A stretch of 64,000 bases of DNA from Spironucleus salmonicida (Eukaryota). The stretch spans positions 992,001-1,056,000 of the forward strand of contig NC_090596.1 in the NCBI RefSeq assembly GCF_000497125.1, given 5' to 3'. Both the position numbers and the translations under genes were made by a program. Position 1 is the stretch's first letter. Every line of letters starts with the position of its first letter. This document shows positions 1 through 13,545 of this stretch, piece after piece. The notes under the pieces were generated by a model. It ran no database searches. It was not told the origin of the DNA and saw nothing but the letters and a program-made list of their open reading frames with translations.

Positions 1-255
1 ACTTATTTGATCACTAAAAGTATTAGCCATAATTAAGCTTAATATTAATTCATATCCATTTTAGATCAGTTTTACTTTTGATTACTTTTAATTTCAATCA
101 TTATTAAATAGTTTCATTTATACATAATAATAACTTCTAGCCGTTTTTACAAGATTGTAGATGAAGATACTTTCTAATGTATCATAACTATTATATTTTG
201 ATTATTAAGTTATTGTATAAATATAATGTATATAATCAGTTTAAGCAAGTATAGG

Positions 256-498
256 TCAATCTGCATTAAGTTCAGGTAAGCGCTAGTTTACTAGGCTAAA
301 AAGGCATGATGAATCATACAATAACTTTGAATCTGATTTTGGACTAGTTACGTCGAAACATTTACCACATAACTTCTCGATTGGGAATGTATTGTTTAAC
401 TAATAAGGTATCTTTGCTTATTTAAAGTTTTCCTTGAAGTCATGAGACAAAAGATACTAGTTTGCGACACGTATTTGGCTAGATCCATAAATTCCCAT
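256..498 (-). CDS. Small hypothetical protein, 80 aa, MG-initiated family (MGIYGSSQIRVANQYLL...)
   Basis: Code-6 ORF from ATG498 to TGA256. N-terminal motif resembles the ORFs at 4785, 5514 and 35843. Confidence 0.6.
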
Positions 499-696
499 TA
501 ATAAAAATATCATAGTATAACAAAATTAATGTTGTTATTATGATTAGTCGATTTTTCTTTAAATTTAAGAAAAAGAATGTATATATTTAAGATAAAGTAT
601 CGCATAGAATGTATTTAAAACTTATTAACCCTAAATTTGTTATATACTAGTTATTATATATTTATATTATATTTTAATAATACTATTTGTCTGAAA

Positions 697-1698
697 ATGA
701 ATCTTTCATATGCAACAATGTCACTAATTTCTAAGTCTAAACTCAAATAATCAGCGTGCTCTACACTATCATTACAGTCATCCAGTTATTAGCAAAATAT
801 GACAAAATCACATAATTTAGAAAATTCATAGCGTGGTGTAAAAGAAAATTTTAAGAAACCAAAAAAACGGCCTTTATCATAAGTATATTTTCCAGTTAAT
901 AATGATAATTTTTAATTACCTATTAATACTGCTTTTCAGCCACTTAATATGACAACAAATTTCAAGATTCCAAATTATTTAGAGTACCTTAGTTTGATGC
1001 ATAAGCGTGCAGATTAAGTTCAACCAAATCAAATTAATATGTATTTCTTTAGCTAGTAATAGCGCACTGAATATCCAGAAGTCTTTGTTGCAGATCTAGA
1101 TATTAATCAATAGGATCTTCTTTATGATCCCAAAATTGATAATCCTAGTAAATTATTGATTTAGTCAACAATCTAAAATGATTCAGATGAAAATATTAAC
1201 TATATCATTTAAACAAATGATTTTAGACTTTTAAACAAATGTCCAACAACGATTTAATAAAAATCTTTTATAGATGCATAAACTACACTTATATTTGAAG
1301 ATTTAAAAAATATTTAATAGAAAGATGATCTATCAGTAATATATGAAAAAGAATTCAATAATAATTATAAAGTATTTCATTAGTTTTCTGATACATATTC
1401 TTAATTTTAAATATATTTAAGTGCGATAAAATCTTAAGTATTTATAACAGAGCATGATGAATTTTTTGATTCAGTAAATATAATAAGTTCCATAAATTTG
1501 TCTCGTAACAGTAGTTTAGCTAATCTTTCATTCTCTAGAAATGGAAGCTATATGAAACTTGAACGACACATTGAACAAATTGAAAATGAAGCAGTAAAAT
1601 AAAACTCTAATAAAACTGGAATAATGAAGTTTATTCTAAGGGAAGATGATGAAGATTGGAGAAGCTTTGTAGGGTGTGAGGTCGAAAAGAAGTAATGA
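697..1698 (+). CDS. Hypothetical protein, 333 aa
   Basis: Long code-6 ORF (MNLSYATMSL...GCEVEKKQ) flanked by AT-rich intergenic DNA. No family recognised. Confidence 0.75.
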
Positions 1699-2880
1699 TA
1701 TTATATCAATTCCATATTTACCGCTTTTATGGTCGTTATATTAAATATAATTGATAGTTCTATTATTAAACACTGTTTGAGTATATTATTTAGTTTTAGC
1801 CTCCAAATATTAGATATTTAGAAAATTAACAAATATAAGATAACTTCTAGATAACAAACATAAGTTACCTATAAGTTAAAATAAATTTTCAACTTTTATC
1901 TGCAATTTTTTCATATTATTATGAAATGCTAATATAAATAGCATAAATATAATTTATGCATTTGCAATTAGCAATGTTAATAAGTAAATGTGTAATAGAT
2001 TTTGATTTTAATTTATAAATAAGCAAAAATTTCGAATTATTTAAAATGACATCAAATGATTTAAATATCAATATTCCTATTCGAATATGATATTATAAAA
2101 AATAGTATAAAATATACTATTATTTTAATTTTTTGAAGCGATTTTGAATAATTATTAATGAAAAGCAGCACTACAGCATAAAATTAGCATATGCATTAAT
2201 TTACTTAATATGCTAAATTTCATACTATTGGAATAAGTTTTTATTTATGATTTTATACATGACCATAACAAAAATTTTATTAGATTTCAATAAAGATACT
2301 ATATATTGTCAAAATAAACAACATTGTTTATTTAATAAATTTTATTAGATTAATATAATCTAACATTTTACTTTACTGTCTATTATTTGAGCAAACTAAT
2401 TTCTTGATAGTATGTTAGTTTTTCATCAGTAGTTATAAATAATTTGACCAGATTAGGTTATGATTTTAGTTTATATTAATGTTTACCATTATTATTTTTA
2501 AAATTTACAAATACATATTTTTTGTAAAATCTCTTATTTTTTTATAGTGATTAATATAATACATTAAGATTTAAAAAGGATAATAATTAATGCATTTTTA
2601 AATATCGTTATATTTGTGGTTTTTACTTTATCGAGTATACTAAAGCTTTAACTATTATTATTATTTTCAAAATTGATTATTACAACGAAATGTATATGTT
2701 TAATTATATATTTAAGCGTTATTGTTAATATAAACTGAATATTTATTACAGCGAAATAATAAACAAACTCAATTTATCAAGATTATGATATATTTTATAT
2801 AACATCTTATAATTGTACAATTTGGAAGCTGTGTAACTATTTTAAGTATAGGTAATTAGGTAATATTAAAATTCTTACAA

Positions 2881-4509
2881 ATGCAGCTGGTCGTGGCAAC
2901 GCTGACGACGGAGTTCATCTATACAAAGTACCAGACCAACCTCACGAACTGCTACTCCACGCAGACCACCATCCTGTACAACCGGAACATCAACCGCATC
3001 GTGGTCACCCTCGCCTCCGAGAACAACACGCAGTGCGCCGTCTTCCCGCAGGGCGTCGAGGCGCAGCTGGCCTTCCAGACCTCCGGGATCCCCATCCAGC
3101 GCATCCAGGTCGCGAACTTCTCCTACGCCAACACCACGGAGCTCGTGTTCGAGGGCGTCCCGGACATCGTCTCCGAGGAGTTCGTGGTGCTCAACGTGTA
3201 CTCCTACGGCTATATCACAGAGCGCAGCATCTTCATCTTCCAGGAGCAGAAGTCCTCGCTCACGCAGTGCTTCGAGCCCTCCTCCACCGTGAACATCCAC
3301 GTAGACAAGCTCATCGTCACCATGCACTCCACCAAGCTCTGCACCAACCAGTTTGACACGATAACGGATGGGGAAACGCCGCCTGTAACTATCGGGGAGC
3401 TGACCTCGGCGACGCTGAACGTCCAGGGGTCTATCTTCAGCCTAGAAGTCAAAACCTTCCAAGGCGATTACAAGAAAGGTGAGAAGCTGACCCTGGAAGT
3501 ACCCCTCACCGGACCCCAATCCGAGCAGCTGCTGCTGATTGTCGCCCCCAACGCCACCGTGACCTTCGAATCGCTCCAGGGCGGCGCGGTCGTCACGTTC
3601 GACCACAACATCGGCGAGGTCACCAGCACGGGGATCGTAGTTGGCACCGACACCTTCTGGAACCCCGCGCAGAAGCCGCAGCTGGGCCTGTTTTAGGGCA
3701 TCTACATGCTCAGAATGTAGTATAGTCCGAACATTGAAAAGCTCTAACCGTAAATCGATAAACTAAAATTTGACAACATTATGTACCGCATTTCCGGATT
3801 GGCCCCGAATGCTAGCAATGCGCAGTAAGTAACGATCTAGACGACCACTTTTGACAGAAAAATCCGTTTCCTCTCATTTACGTGCGATCAAGGCCGCCAG
3901 CTGGAAAGAAATCTTTGCATGAATTTTTACAATGTGGCCAATCAGATGAACGTCTCTACGACGATTTATCTTGATCTCATATTTCAGCTAGGGTCGATAT
4001 ACGTGCATATAGAGAAATCGGTCGTCGATATTCAGAACAAGATGATTTCGTCAGCAATTGCTAGCCTGGGCCACAATTAGGCCAAGCTTTAAATACTGTC
4101 TAAAATAGCTATTGAGATTCCACCCAACACGGAGCTAAAGGTAAAATTTACGGTTTTATAAAACTCTAATCCAGCTGATTTCGACGACCCAGCCCTGTCC
4201 TTTGAGGTCCAATAGACGGTGAGTGACGTACGGGAGCTAATTCGCTTTACGTGCGATTCAAAGTGCAAAATGTTGATGAAACGCCTGCAAGTTAACCATT
4301 TGGCCTTTTACTAGCTCGAGTCTAACCTATTAGATGGCGTAATTTTTGCAAATTCTATTTTCGATGACGATTATCTAATTATGGAAGGGATAATTATAGG
4401 GGCGTCTTTGATAGTTATTCTTGTTCTAGTGATCACAAGCATAATTGGCATGGTGTTACTAATGAAGCAGATGAAAAAATAGAGCAAGAGGAAGGCCAAA
4501 AAGCTATGA
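2881..4509 (+). CDS. Type-I membrane (probable surface) protein family, copy 1, 542 aa
   Basis: The 271-aa track ORF continues through TAG=Gln to TGA4507. C-terminal hydrophobic helix (GIIIGASLIVILVLVITSIIGMVLLM), basic tail KQMKKQSKRKAKKL, several NxS/T sequons, sparse Cys. Four more same-length paralogues in the window. Confidence 0.9.
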
Positions 4510-4784
4510 GGGAGTTTTTCATTCATTTTTGCATTATAGATATATAATAATGTGATATAAGGTGTTTTTAAGTTCAAAAACTGTGAGATAAAACTACAAG
4601 AGAAGGAGTTTTGATAAAACCTCTATATATTTAAAATTATAAGGACCTCGAGATTATAATTTAGGAAAGATCGGAAATGATGATAAATGACAATTAATAT
4701 CCGTATATGATAAAAATTAAAAACTAATAATAACTTACACTATTAATATACTGATGTTTAGAGTATAATGTAAACTTAAAAATT

Positions 4785-5063
4785 ATGGGGTCTGTTTCGT
4801 CGCTTGTAAATGAATCGGATTCATACTTAATTTAACTAGATCCTAAGCAGCTACCGTAGGCCAAAGTGTAATAATCATAACCGGTAACACCTAGCACAAT
4901 AAGAAAAAATGTATCGTCTATGTTTTATGAACCTGTTAGTAAGCAACATAAAATGACATTAAGTAAGTCGCATAGTATTGTAATATAAAGAGAACTTCTA
5001 GAATAAAGTAATTTACGTCTAAATGTGCTTCTTGAAAATAGACTAAATGAGGAATCTGATTGA
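4785..5063 (+). CDS. Small hypothetical protein, 92 aa, MG-initiated family (MGSVSSLVNESDSYLI...)
   Basis: Code-6 ORF with an MGxxxS N-myristoylation-like start. Confidence 0.65.
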
Positions 5064-5513
5064 CATAGTGCATTTGATTATAATATTAGCAATTATATGA
5101 ATATTATATTCTATAATATGTAATAATTGGTTACTAAAAATATGAAGTAAAAATTAATAAATAATCATAGTTAATGAACAAATTAAGATAAAATAAGATA
5201 TATTATTAAAATAATTAACCATAAAATACTAGATACTTAAAAAATTATCACTCAGTTAAAATGTTTAGTTTTGATACTACTATTTAGTACATATTTCATT
5301 ATTTTTATTAGCTTTAATAATAAATAAGTTTTCGTTAGTTTAAGAATCTGAATGCGAAATATATTGTAAGTTTATAAATTATAATTATATTATAACTTTT
5401 AAAAATATATTTGATAATAACACTTAAAAACGATATTTATATTTTGTTGGAAGCTATACAATTGTTATTATAATCTATAAACTAATTATATGAATAACTT
5501 TAGATTTATTAAA

Positions 5514-5801
5514 ATGGGATCAGGATAAATTAACCTGGCCTCAGCAGATGAATTTTTACTAGGATAAGATAAGCAAATTCCTAAAGATTTAATTAAAACA
5601 TAATCGGCCTTGTCTGTGGTGCAAAATAATGTTCCAAAAATTTAATCAAGGTAGCATATTTCTGAGAGCTAGTTATTATAGGTTGGTTAAATGTTTTAGA
5701 GTATAAGAATTTACTAGCCTTTTATTATCCCAGAGATCGATATAATGAAAGAGAATAGTTTACATTTAAGCGATTTATTGAATAAAAGTTGTGATTTATG
5801 A
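5514..5801 (+). CDS. Small hypothetical protein, 95 aa, MG-initiated family (MGSGQINLASADEFLL...)
   Basis: Code-6 ORF. Shares SADxFLL with 35592-35843. Confidence 0.65.
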
Positions 5802-5980
5802 ACAATAAATGTGTGAATATTTTATAATAATTATATATCAATATTAAATGTGTTATATACAATTAAAAATTTCTTGATTTATTATTCATATAGACTGAAA
5901 TCTATTTTCAGATTTTTGAAATTTATATTCAGATATTGATTTAATTATTATTAAATGGTAGATATGATTCTATTTTTAAA

Positions 5981-6223
5981 ATGAAAAAGAATATTGAGTC
6001 TTTTAGTCTTGGAAAGAAGAGACTTAGGAATTCTCAAAGTTTAAATAGCTTATCCATTGATAATAAGTTTTCTATAATAAGTGATTATAAGAATTAACAT
6101 TGTGATAAAGAAACAGTTAAAAAATTGAGCATGCAGGAATAGGAAACTATAAGAGACATGCTCTCTCGGATCCGGTTAATTCAAGATAATAAACGAAAAA
6201 GAAGACATGAACATGTTGAATGA
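5981..6223 (+). CDS. Small basic hypothetical protein, 80 aa
   Basis: Code-6 ORF MKKNIESFSL...RRHEHVE. Supported by composition only. Confidence 0.45.
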
Positions 6224-6515
6224 TTCTATGATATTTAAACTTTTATTTTTTAGTTTTACTGCTAAATAGCAAATAATATTTCTGTTATTGATATGTTATT
6301 ATTATCATAATAAACATACATTATTAAATTATAGGTTAATTTAGAGTATAGTTGTATATATTTACTACTAAATTTCAGTAGAATTAATGTTAATGTGGTA
6401 AAATAATTTATAGGTAATAAGAATTTTTAAATATATTTCAACACAAATTTAGCAATTATAAAGTTATCAATTTTTAAACACTAATTCAATTAACTCTAAG
6501 CCTGCAAACAATAGA

Positions 6516-7961
6516 TCACTCCAACCCAGGTTCCACACAATCACAAATCATGTCCAAGTCGCATGCTGGCCCGATAAGATCACGAATATTGTTAATACCA
6601 TATTTGATCATGGTTGGCCTCTCTAGACTAAGTCCCCACGCAATACACTAGACTTCAGGCCCAAATCCCATAGTTCTAAGCATTTCTGGCCTGAACATAC
6701 CAGAATTACCTACCTCGATCCATTTATTAAGCCCAGGATGATGGCAGAATATCTCCATACTAGGCTCAGTGTACGGGTTGTAAGTGGGCTTGAAGCGCAC
6801 ATTTTCCATACCTAATTCCTTGAAAAATGCCTTAATCGTGCCCATCAAGTCCCTTAATGACACATTTACATCGCAAATGAACCCCTCAACTTGATGGAAC
6901 TCACAAAGATGAGTGGCATCCAACGTCTCATTTCTGAAGACCCTGTCAATAGAAAATGACTTAATGGGCTTGAAAGTTCCGTTTTTATAGTCCTGCGCCA
7001 ATTCATATAGCCTACGAGCGCTCACAGCTGTTGTATGAGTCCTGAGCAGATTTTTGCAAGTTTCCTTGTCGTCAAAAATATATTTGTAGCCAGCCTCGTG
7101 GGCTGCTTTTACAGCCTCAAAGTAGCTTTTATCGACGTTGCGCAAATCGAAATCTGCGTACTTACCTGCTACGAAAAACGTATCGTGCATGTCACGTGCA
7201 GGGTGCTGCTGCGGCTGGAAGAGCGCATCGAAGTTCCAGAATGAGGATTCGAGGTAGTTGGCCGTTTTCATCTACTGGAAGCCCATTCCTGTGAGGATAG
7301 CGATAAACTGCGTCCGGAACTTGAGCAGAGGATGCAAAGCACCCACTGACACAGGTTTCCCCCGTGCATTGAAATTTAGCGGCTTGAAACGCAACGCCTC
7401 AGCACCCTCCTAGGTCAAGTGCGCCTGTGTCAACTCCGACTCAAAAGCGATGCCAAATTCTTAGAATTTGGGCCCAGCAGTGATCAGGAAATGTTTTGTG
7501 GTGATATCCTACAGGAGTTTCGATTTTTTGAGAGCCGAAATGTCCTTCTCAGTGAGTTAATCTAGGCTGTTCAACTAGGTCTGGACATCATCTGGAGTAT
7601 TAGGGGTTTACTACAAAACCATTGGATCGGTCTTGCCAGCCGTCGTGTCGAGACGGATCAGCTTTCGGCGCAGGGCTCCTGGCGCGGCTGCTGCGAACTA
7701 GCACATTGACTTATTTTTTGGGGTTTCCACCTCCTTATAGAGGCGAAATTCAGGTGTTCCATACTATGCGGCCTCCTGACCTAATTTGGTGAGCTCAGTT
7801 GTTGTTTTGGTGACAAGTTATGCGCTCAGGATTTCTCTAGATTCCAGTGATTTCAGAGCCGGAATAATATCGGTATGTGGCATATTAAGTTGTTGTGCTG
7901 CATTCAGGCAGGTGGACTGTCCAAGTTTGATGAAGTTGTAGAGTAGCGTTTAGATATCCAT
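6516..7961 (-). CDS. FARSA: Phenylalanyl-tRNA synthetase alpha subunit, 481 aa
   Basis: Motifs [75 protein letters not shown] and [11 protein letters not shown]. One code-6 ORF ending GAG TGA. Confidence 0.97.
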
Positions 7962-7974
7962 TGATGAAATGAAA

Positions 7975-7985
7975 AGGAGTGGAAA
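7975..7985 (-). promoter_or_regulatory. C-rich upstream motif TTTCCACTCCT, 13 nt before the PheRS ATG
   Basis: The same CCACTCCT core lies just upstream of the RPL10A and OST48 start codons. Confidence 0.6.
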
Positions 7986-8227
7986 TAATTAGGTTAACAT
8001 AGCAAATACATATATAATTTATATAATATATTTTTGAACTTTGACAAAACTGCTAAATTGTAAATGACTGATTAGTACCAGATTTCTTAGGTAGAAATGT
8101 TCAATATTTTGCAGATAATTCAGATTTTGCTTTGTGGTTAGCCAGGGCTGACATTTGTGACAATAGAAATATTTACGGCAAGGAATGCATTTATACTATA
8201 TTATATAATATTAAACTTAAATTAAAA

Positions 8228-8971
8228 ATGCGATAAGTTTTAAATCACGCAAATGACGTTTCTAGTTCAATATCATCGAATATATCGCTTACCGAAGACG
8301 ATTTACTCATTCAAACCCCCAGAAATCTCAAATACAAGTCGCCAATCGTCGCGCACAACGACAAGTACTTAAGACAGCGAATCTACGATTTAGAGCATGA
8401 AAATTTTCATCTCAAGCAGCAAAACGACCATTTAACGTCTGCTGTGCTCAAGCACAGCTTCCTGAGCGCCGTCCAGCCCCCCACGACGGAGCTGGACCGC
8501 CTCTACGCGCAGAACGGCGCTCTGCTGTCAGAAGTCACAGAGCTGCAGGCCCTGGTGGCGTCCAAAAACGAGCAGCTGAATCTCATGAAATCGGAGCTGG
8601 CCGGCGGCTAGTTTTAGCGCGTGAAACAGCACTATTTGGGGCCCGAAATGCGGTACAAATTTGCCGAGAAAATGGACGAATCCGAGCTCATTTCGCGCGG
8701 CTGCGATGCGATTTTTGGGCCAAAATTTACAAAATTCGGAAAAATCGGAAAATTCGACCCGGAAACGCAAATCCGGGCAGCTCCCGCTAAAGAAAGCGGC
8801 GGGATCGACGCCGTTCTCAGCGGGATCGACGCGCAGCTGAAAAGCGGCTAATGGGGCGATGTGGAGCGGGAATGTCAAGTGGAGCATAAACTTGAACTCG
8901 AACTCGAACAGGACGCAGCTGATATAAGGCAAATACGCGCAGAATACGGCCCCTGGTAGGACGAGTTTTGA
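8228..8971 (+). CDS. Hypothetical coiled-coil protein, 247 aa
   Basis: Code-6 ORF with heptad-like segments (LRQRIYDLEHENFHLKQQNDHL). Stops about 10 bp before the minisatellite. Confidence 0.75.
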
Positions 8972-8980
8972 GCGTTCGTG

Positions 8981-11900
8981 AAAATTCGTGTTCTCACTGG
9001 AAAATTCGTGTTCTCAAAGTAGTAAATTCGTGTTCTTAAGTAGTAAATTCGTGTTCTCAAAGTAGTAAATTCGTGTTCTTAAGTAGTAAATTCGTGTTCT
9101 CAAAGTAGTAAATTCGTGTTCTCAAAGTAGTAAATTCGTGTTCTTAAGTAGTAAATTCGTGTTCTCAAAGTAGTAAATTCGTGTTCTCAAAGTAGTAAAT
9201 TCGTGTTCTTAAGTAGTAAATTCGTGTTCTTAAGTAGTAAATTCGTGTTCTCAAAGTAGTAAATTCGTGTTCTTAAAGTAGTAAATTCGTGTTCTCAAAG
9301 TAGTAAATTCGTGTTCTTAAGTAGTAAATTCGTGTTCTCAAAGTAGTAAATTCGTGTTCTTAAGTAGTAAATTCGTGTTCTTAAGTAGTAAATTCGTGTT
9401 CTTAAAGTAGTAAATTCGTGTTCTCAAAGTAGTAAATTCGTGTTCTTAAGTAGTAAATTCGTGTTCTCAAAGTAGTAAATTCGTGTTCTTAAGTAGTAAA
9501 TTCGTGTTCTTAAGTAGTAAATTCGTGTTCTTAAGTAGTAAATTCGTGTTCTCAAAGTAGTAAATTCGTGTTCTTAAAGTAGTAAATTCGTGTTCTCAAA
9601 GTAGTAAATTCGTGTTCTTAAGTAGTAAATTCGTGTTCTCAAAGTAGTAAATTCGTGTTCTTAAAGTAGTAAATTCGTGTTCTCAAAGTAGTAAATTCGT
9701 GTTCTTAAGTAGTAAATTCGTGTTCTCAAAGTAGTAAATTCGTGTTCTTAAGTAGTAAATTCGTGTTCTCAAAGTAGTAAATTCGTGTTCTCAAAGTAGT
9801 AAATTCGTGTTCTTAAGTAGTAAATTCGTGTTCTCAAAGTAGTAAATTCGTGTTCTCAAAGTAGTAAATTCGTGTTCTTAAGTAGTAAATTCGTGTTCTC
9901 AAAGTAGTAAATTCGTGTTCTTAAGTAGTAAATTCGTGTTCTTAAGTAGTAAATTCGTGTTCTCAAAGTAGTAAATTCGTGTTCTTAAGTAGTAAATTCG
10001 TGTTCTCAAAGTAGTAAATTCGTGTTCTTAAGTAGTAAATTCGTGTTCTTAAGTAGTAAATTCGTGTTCTTAAGTAGTAAATTCGTGTTCTCAAAGTAGT
10101 AAATTCGTGTTCTTAAAGTAGTAAATTCGTGTTCTTAAGTAGTAAATTCGTGTTCTCAAAGTAGTAAATTCGTGTTCTCACTGGAAAATTCGTGTTCTCA
10201 AAGTAGTAAATTCGTGTTCTCAAAGTAGTAAATTCGTGTTCTCAAAGTAGTAAATTCGTGTTCTTAAGTAGTAAATTCGTGTTCTTAAGTAGTAAATTCG
10301 TGTTCTCAAAGTAGTAAATTCGTGTTCTTAAGTAGTAAATTCGTGTTCTCAAAGTAGTAAATTCGTGTTCTTAAGTAGTAAATTCGTGTTCTCAAAGTAG
10401 TAAATTCGTGTTCTCAAAGTAGTAAATTCGTGTTCTTAAAGTAGTAAATTCGTGTTCTCACTGGAAAATTCGTGTTCTCAAAGTAGTAAATTCGTGTTCT
10501 CAAAGTAGTAAATTCGTGTTCTCAAAGTAGTAAATTCGTGTTCTTAAGTAGTAAATTCGTGTTCTTAAGTAGTAAATTCGTGTTCTTAAAGTAGTAAATT
10601 CGTGTTCTTAAGTAGTAAATTCGTGTTCTCACTGGAAAATTCGTGTTCTCAAAGTAGTAAATTCGTGTTCTCAAAGTAGTAAATTCGTGTTCTTAAGTAG
10701 TAAATTCGTGTTCTTAAGTAGTAAATTCGTGTTCTCAAAGTAGTAAATTCGTGTTCTTAAGTAGTAAATTCGTGTTCTTAAAGTAGTAAATTCGTGTTCT
10801 TAAGTAGTAAATTCGTGTTCTCAAAGTAGTAAATTCGTGTTCTCAAAGTAGTAAATTCGTGTTCTTAAGTAGTAAATTCGTGTTCTCAAAGTAGTAAATT
10901 CGTGTTCTTAAGTAGTAAATTCGTGTTCTCAAAGTAGTAAATTCGTGTTCTTAAAGTAGTAAATTCGTGTTCTCAAAGTAGTAAATTCGTGTTCTTAAGT
11001 AGTAAATTCGTGTTCTCAAAGTAGTAAATTCGTGTTCTTAAGTAGTAAATTCGTGTTCTCAAAGTAGTAAATTCGTGTTCTTAAAGTAGTAAATTCGTGT
11101 TCTCAAAGTAGTAAATTCGTGTTCTTAAAGTAGTAAATTCGTGTTCTCAAAGTAGTAAATTCGTGTTCTTAAGTAGTAAATTCGTGTTCTCAAAGTAGTA
11201 AATTCGTGTTCTTAAAGTAGTAAATTCGTGTTCTCAAAGTAGTAAATTCGTGTTCTTAAAGTAGTAAATTCGTGTTCTTAAAGTAGTAAATTCGTGTTCT
11301 TAAAGTAGTAAATTCGTGTTCTTAAAGTAGTAAATTCGTGTTCTCAAAGTAGTAAATTCGTGTTCTTAAGTAGTAAATTCGTGTTCTCACTGGAAAATTC
11401 GTGTTCTCAAAGTAGTAAATTCGTGTTCTTAAGTAGTAAATTCGTGTTCTCAAAGTAGTAAATTCGTGTTCTCAAAGTAGTAAATTCGTGTTCTCAAAGT
11501 AGTAAATTCGTGTTCTTAAGTAGTAAATTCGTGTTCTCAAAGTAGTAAATTCGTGTTCTCAAAGTAGTAAATTCGTGTTCTCAAAGTAGTAAATTCGTGT
11601 TCTTAAGTAGTAAATTCGTGTTCTCAAAGTAGTAAATTCGTGTTCTCAAAGTAGTAAATTCGTGTTCTCAAAGTAGTAAATTCGTGTTCTTAAGTAGTAA
11701 ATTCGTGTTCTTAAGTAGTAAATTCGTGTTCTCAAAGTAGTAAATTCGTGTTCTTAAAGTAGTAAATTCGTGTTCTCAAAGTAGTAAATTCGTGTTCTTA
11801 AGTAGTAAATTCGTGTTCTCAAAGTAGTAAATTCGTGTTCTCACTGGAAAATTCGTGTTCTCAAAGTAGTAAATTCGTGTTCTCAAAGTAGTAAATTCGT

Positions 11901-13360
11901 GTTCTTAAGTAGTAAATTCGTGTTCTCAAAGTAGTAAATTCGTGTTCTCAAAGTAGTAAATTCGTGTTCTTAAGTAGTAAATTCGTGTTCTCAAAGTAGT
12001 AAATTCGTGTTCTCAAAGTAGTAAATTCGTGTTCTTAAGTAGTAAATTCGTGTTCTTAAGTAGTAAATTCGTGTTCTCAAAGTAGTAAATTCGTGTTCTT
12101 AAAGTAGTAAATTCGTGTTCTCAAAGTAGTAAATTCGTGTTCTTAAGTAGTAAATTCGTGTTCTCAAAGTAGTAAATTCGTGTTCTTAAGTAGTAAATTC
12201 GTGTTCTCAAAGTAGTAAATTCGTGTTCTTAAAGTAGTAAATTCGTGTTCTCAAAGTAGTAAATTCGTGTTCTTAAGTAGTAAATTCGTGTTCTCAAAGT
12301 AGTAAATTCGTGTTCTTAAGTAGTAAATTCGTGTTCTCAAAGTAGTAAATTCGTGTTCTCACTGGAAAATTCGTGTTCTCAAAGTAGTAAATTCGTGTTC
12401 TCAAAGTAGTAAATTCGTGTTCTTAAGTAGTAAATTCGTGTTCTCAAAGTAGTAAATTCGTGTTCTCAAAGTAGTAAATTCGTGTTCTTAAGTAGTAAAT
12501 TCGTGTTCTCAAAGTAGTAAATTCGTGTTCTCAAAGTAGTAAATTCGTGTTCTTAAGTAGTAAATTCGTGTTCTTAAGTAGTAAATTCGTGTTCTCAAAG
12601 TAGTAAATTCGTGTTCTCAAAGTAGTAAATTCGTGTTCTTAAGTAGTAAATTCGTGTTCTCAAAGTAGTAAATTCGTGTTCTCAAAGTAGTAAATTCGTG
12701 TTCTTAAGTAGTAAATTCGTGTTCTCAAAGTAGTAAATTCGTGTTCTCAAAGTAGTAAATTCGTGTTCTCAAAGTAGTAAATTCGTGTTCTCAAAGTAGT
12801 AAATTCGTGTTCTCAAAGTAGTAAATTCGTGTTCTTAAGTAGTAAATTCGTGTTCTCAAAGTAGTAAATTCGTGTTCTCAAAGTAGTAAATTCGTGTTCT
12901 CAAAGTAGTAAATTCGTGTTCTTAAGTAGTAAATTCGTGTTCTCAAAGTAGTAAATTCGTGTTCTCAAAGTAGTAAATTCGTGTTCTCAAAGTAGTAAAT
13001 TCGTGTTCTCAAAGTAGTAAATTCGTGTTCTTAAGTAGTAAATTCGTGTTCTCAAAGTAGTAAATTCGTGTTCTCAAAGTAGTAAATTCGTGTTCTTAAG
13101 TAGTAAATTCGTGTTCTCAAAGTAGTAAATTCGTGTTCTCAAAGTAGTAAATTCGTGTTCTCAAAGTAGTAAATTCGTGTTCTTAAAGTAGTAAATTCGT
13201 GTTCTCAAAGTAGTAAATTCGTGTTCTCAAAGTAGTAAATTCGTGTTCTTAAGTAGTAAATTCGTGTTCTCAAAGTAGTAAATTCGTGTTCTCAAAGTAG
13301 TAAATTCGTGTTCTCAAAGTAGTAAATTCGTGTTCTTAAAGTAGTAAATTCGTGTTCTCA
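8981..13360. repeat. Tandem minisatellite, about 4.4 kb, roughly 200 units of 20-22 bp, core AAATTCGTGTTCT
   Basis: Variant units: ...CTCAAAGTAGT (22), ...CTTAAGTAGT (21), ...CTTAAAGTAGT (22), ...CTCACTGGA (20). No unique spacers. Confidence 0.99.
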
Positions 13361-13545
13361 AGATACTAATTTCACGCTCTCAAGATACTAATTTCACGCT
13401 CTCAAGATACTAATTTCACGCTCTCAAGATACTAATTTCACGCTCTCAAGATACTAATTTCACGCTCTCAAGATACTAATTTCACGCTCTCAAGATACTA
13501 ATTTCACGCTCTCAAGATACTAATTTCACGCTCTCAAGATACTAA
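13357..13545. repeat. Second tandem repeat, 8 full units plus 1 partial of 22-bp CTCAAGATACTAATTTCACGCT
   Basis: Directly abuts the main array and aligns to its unit with about 7 substitutions. Confidence 0.97.

Noticed and set aside
2875-3653. Antisense and alternative-frame track ORFs over the membrane genes (also near 22.7, 24.5, 39.3 and 41.1 kb, and over PDI and dynein)
   Set aside because: Shadow ORFs produced by very high GC3 in the real genes.
8981-13545. CRISPR array or coding repeat
   Set aside because: No unique spacers, no cas genes, eukaryotic context, and mixed unit lengths break any reading frame.
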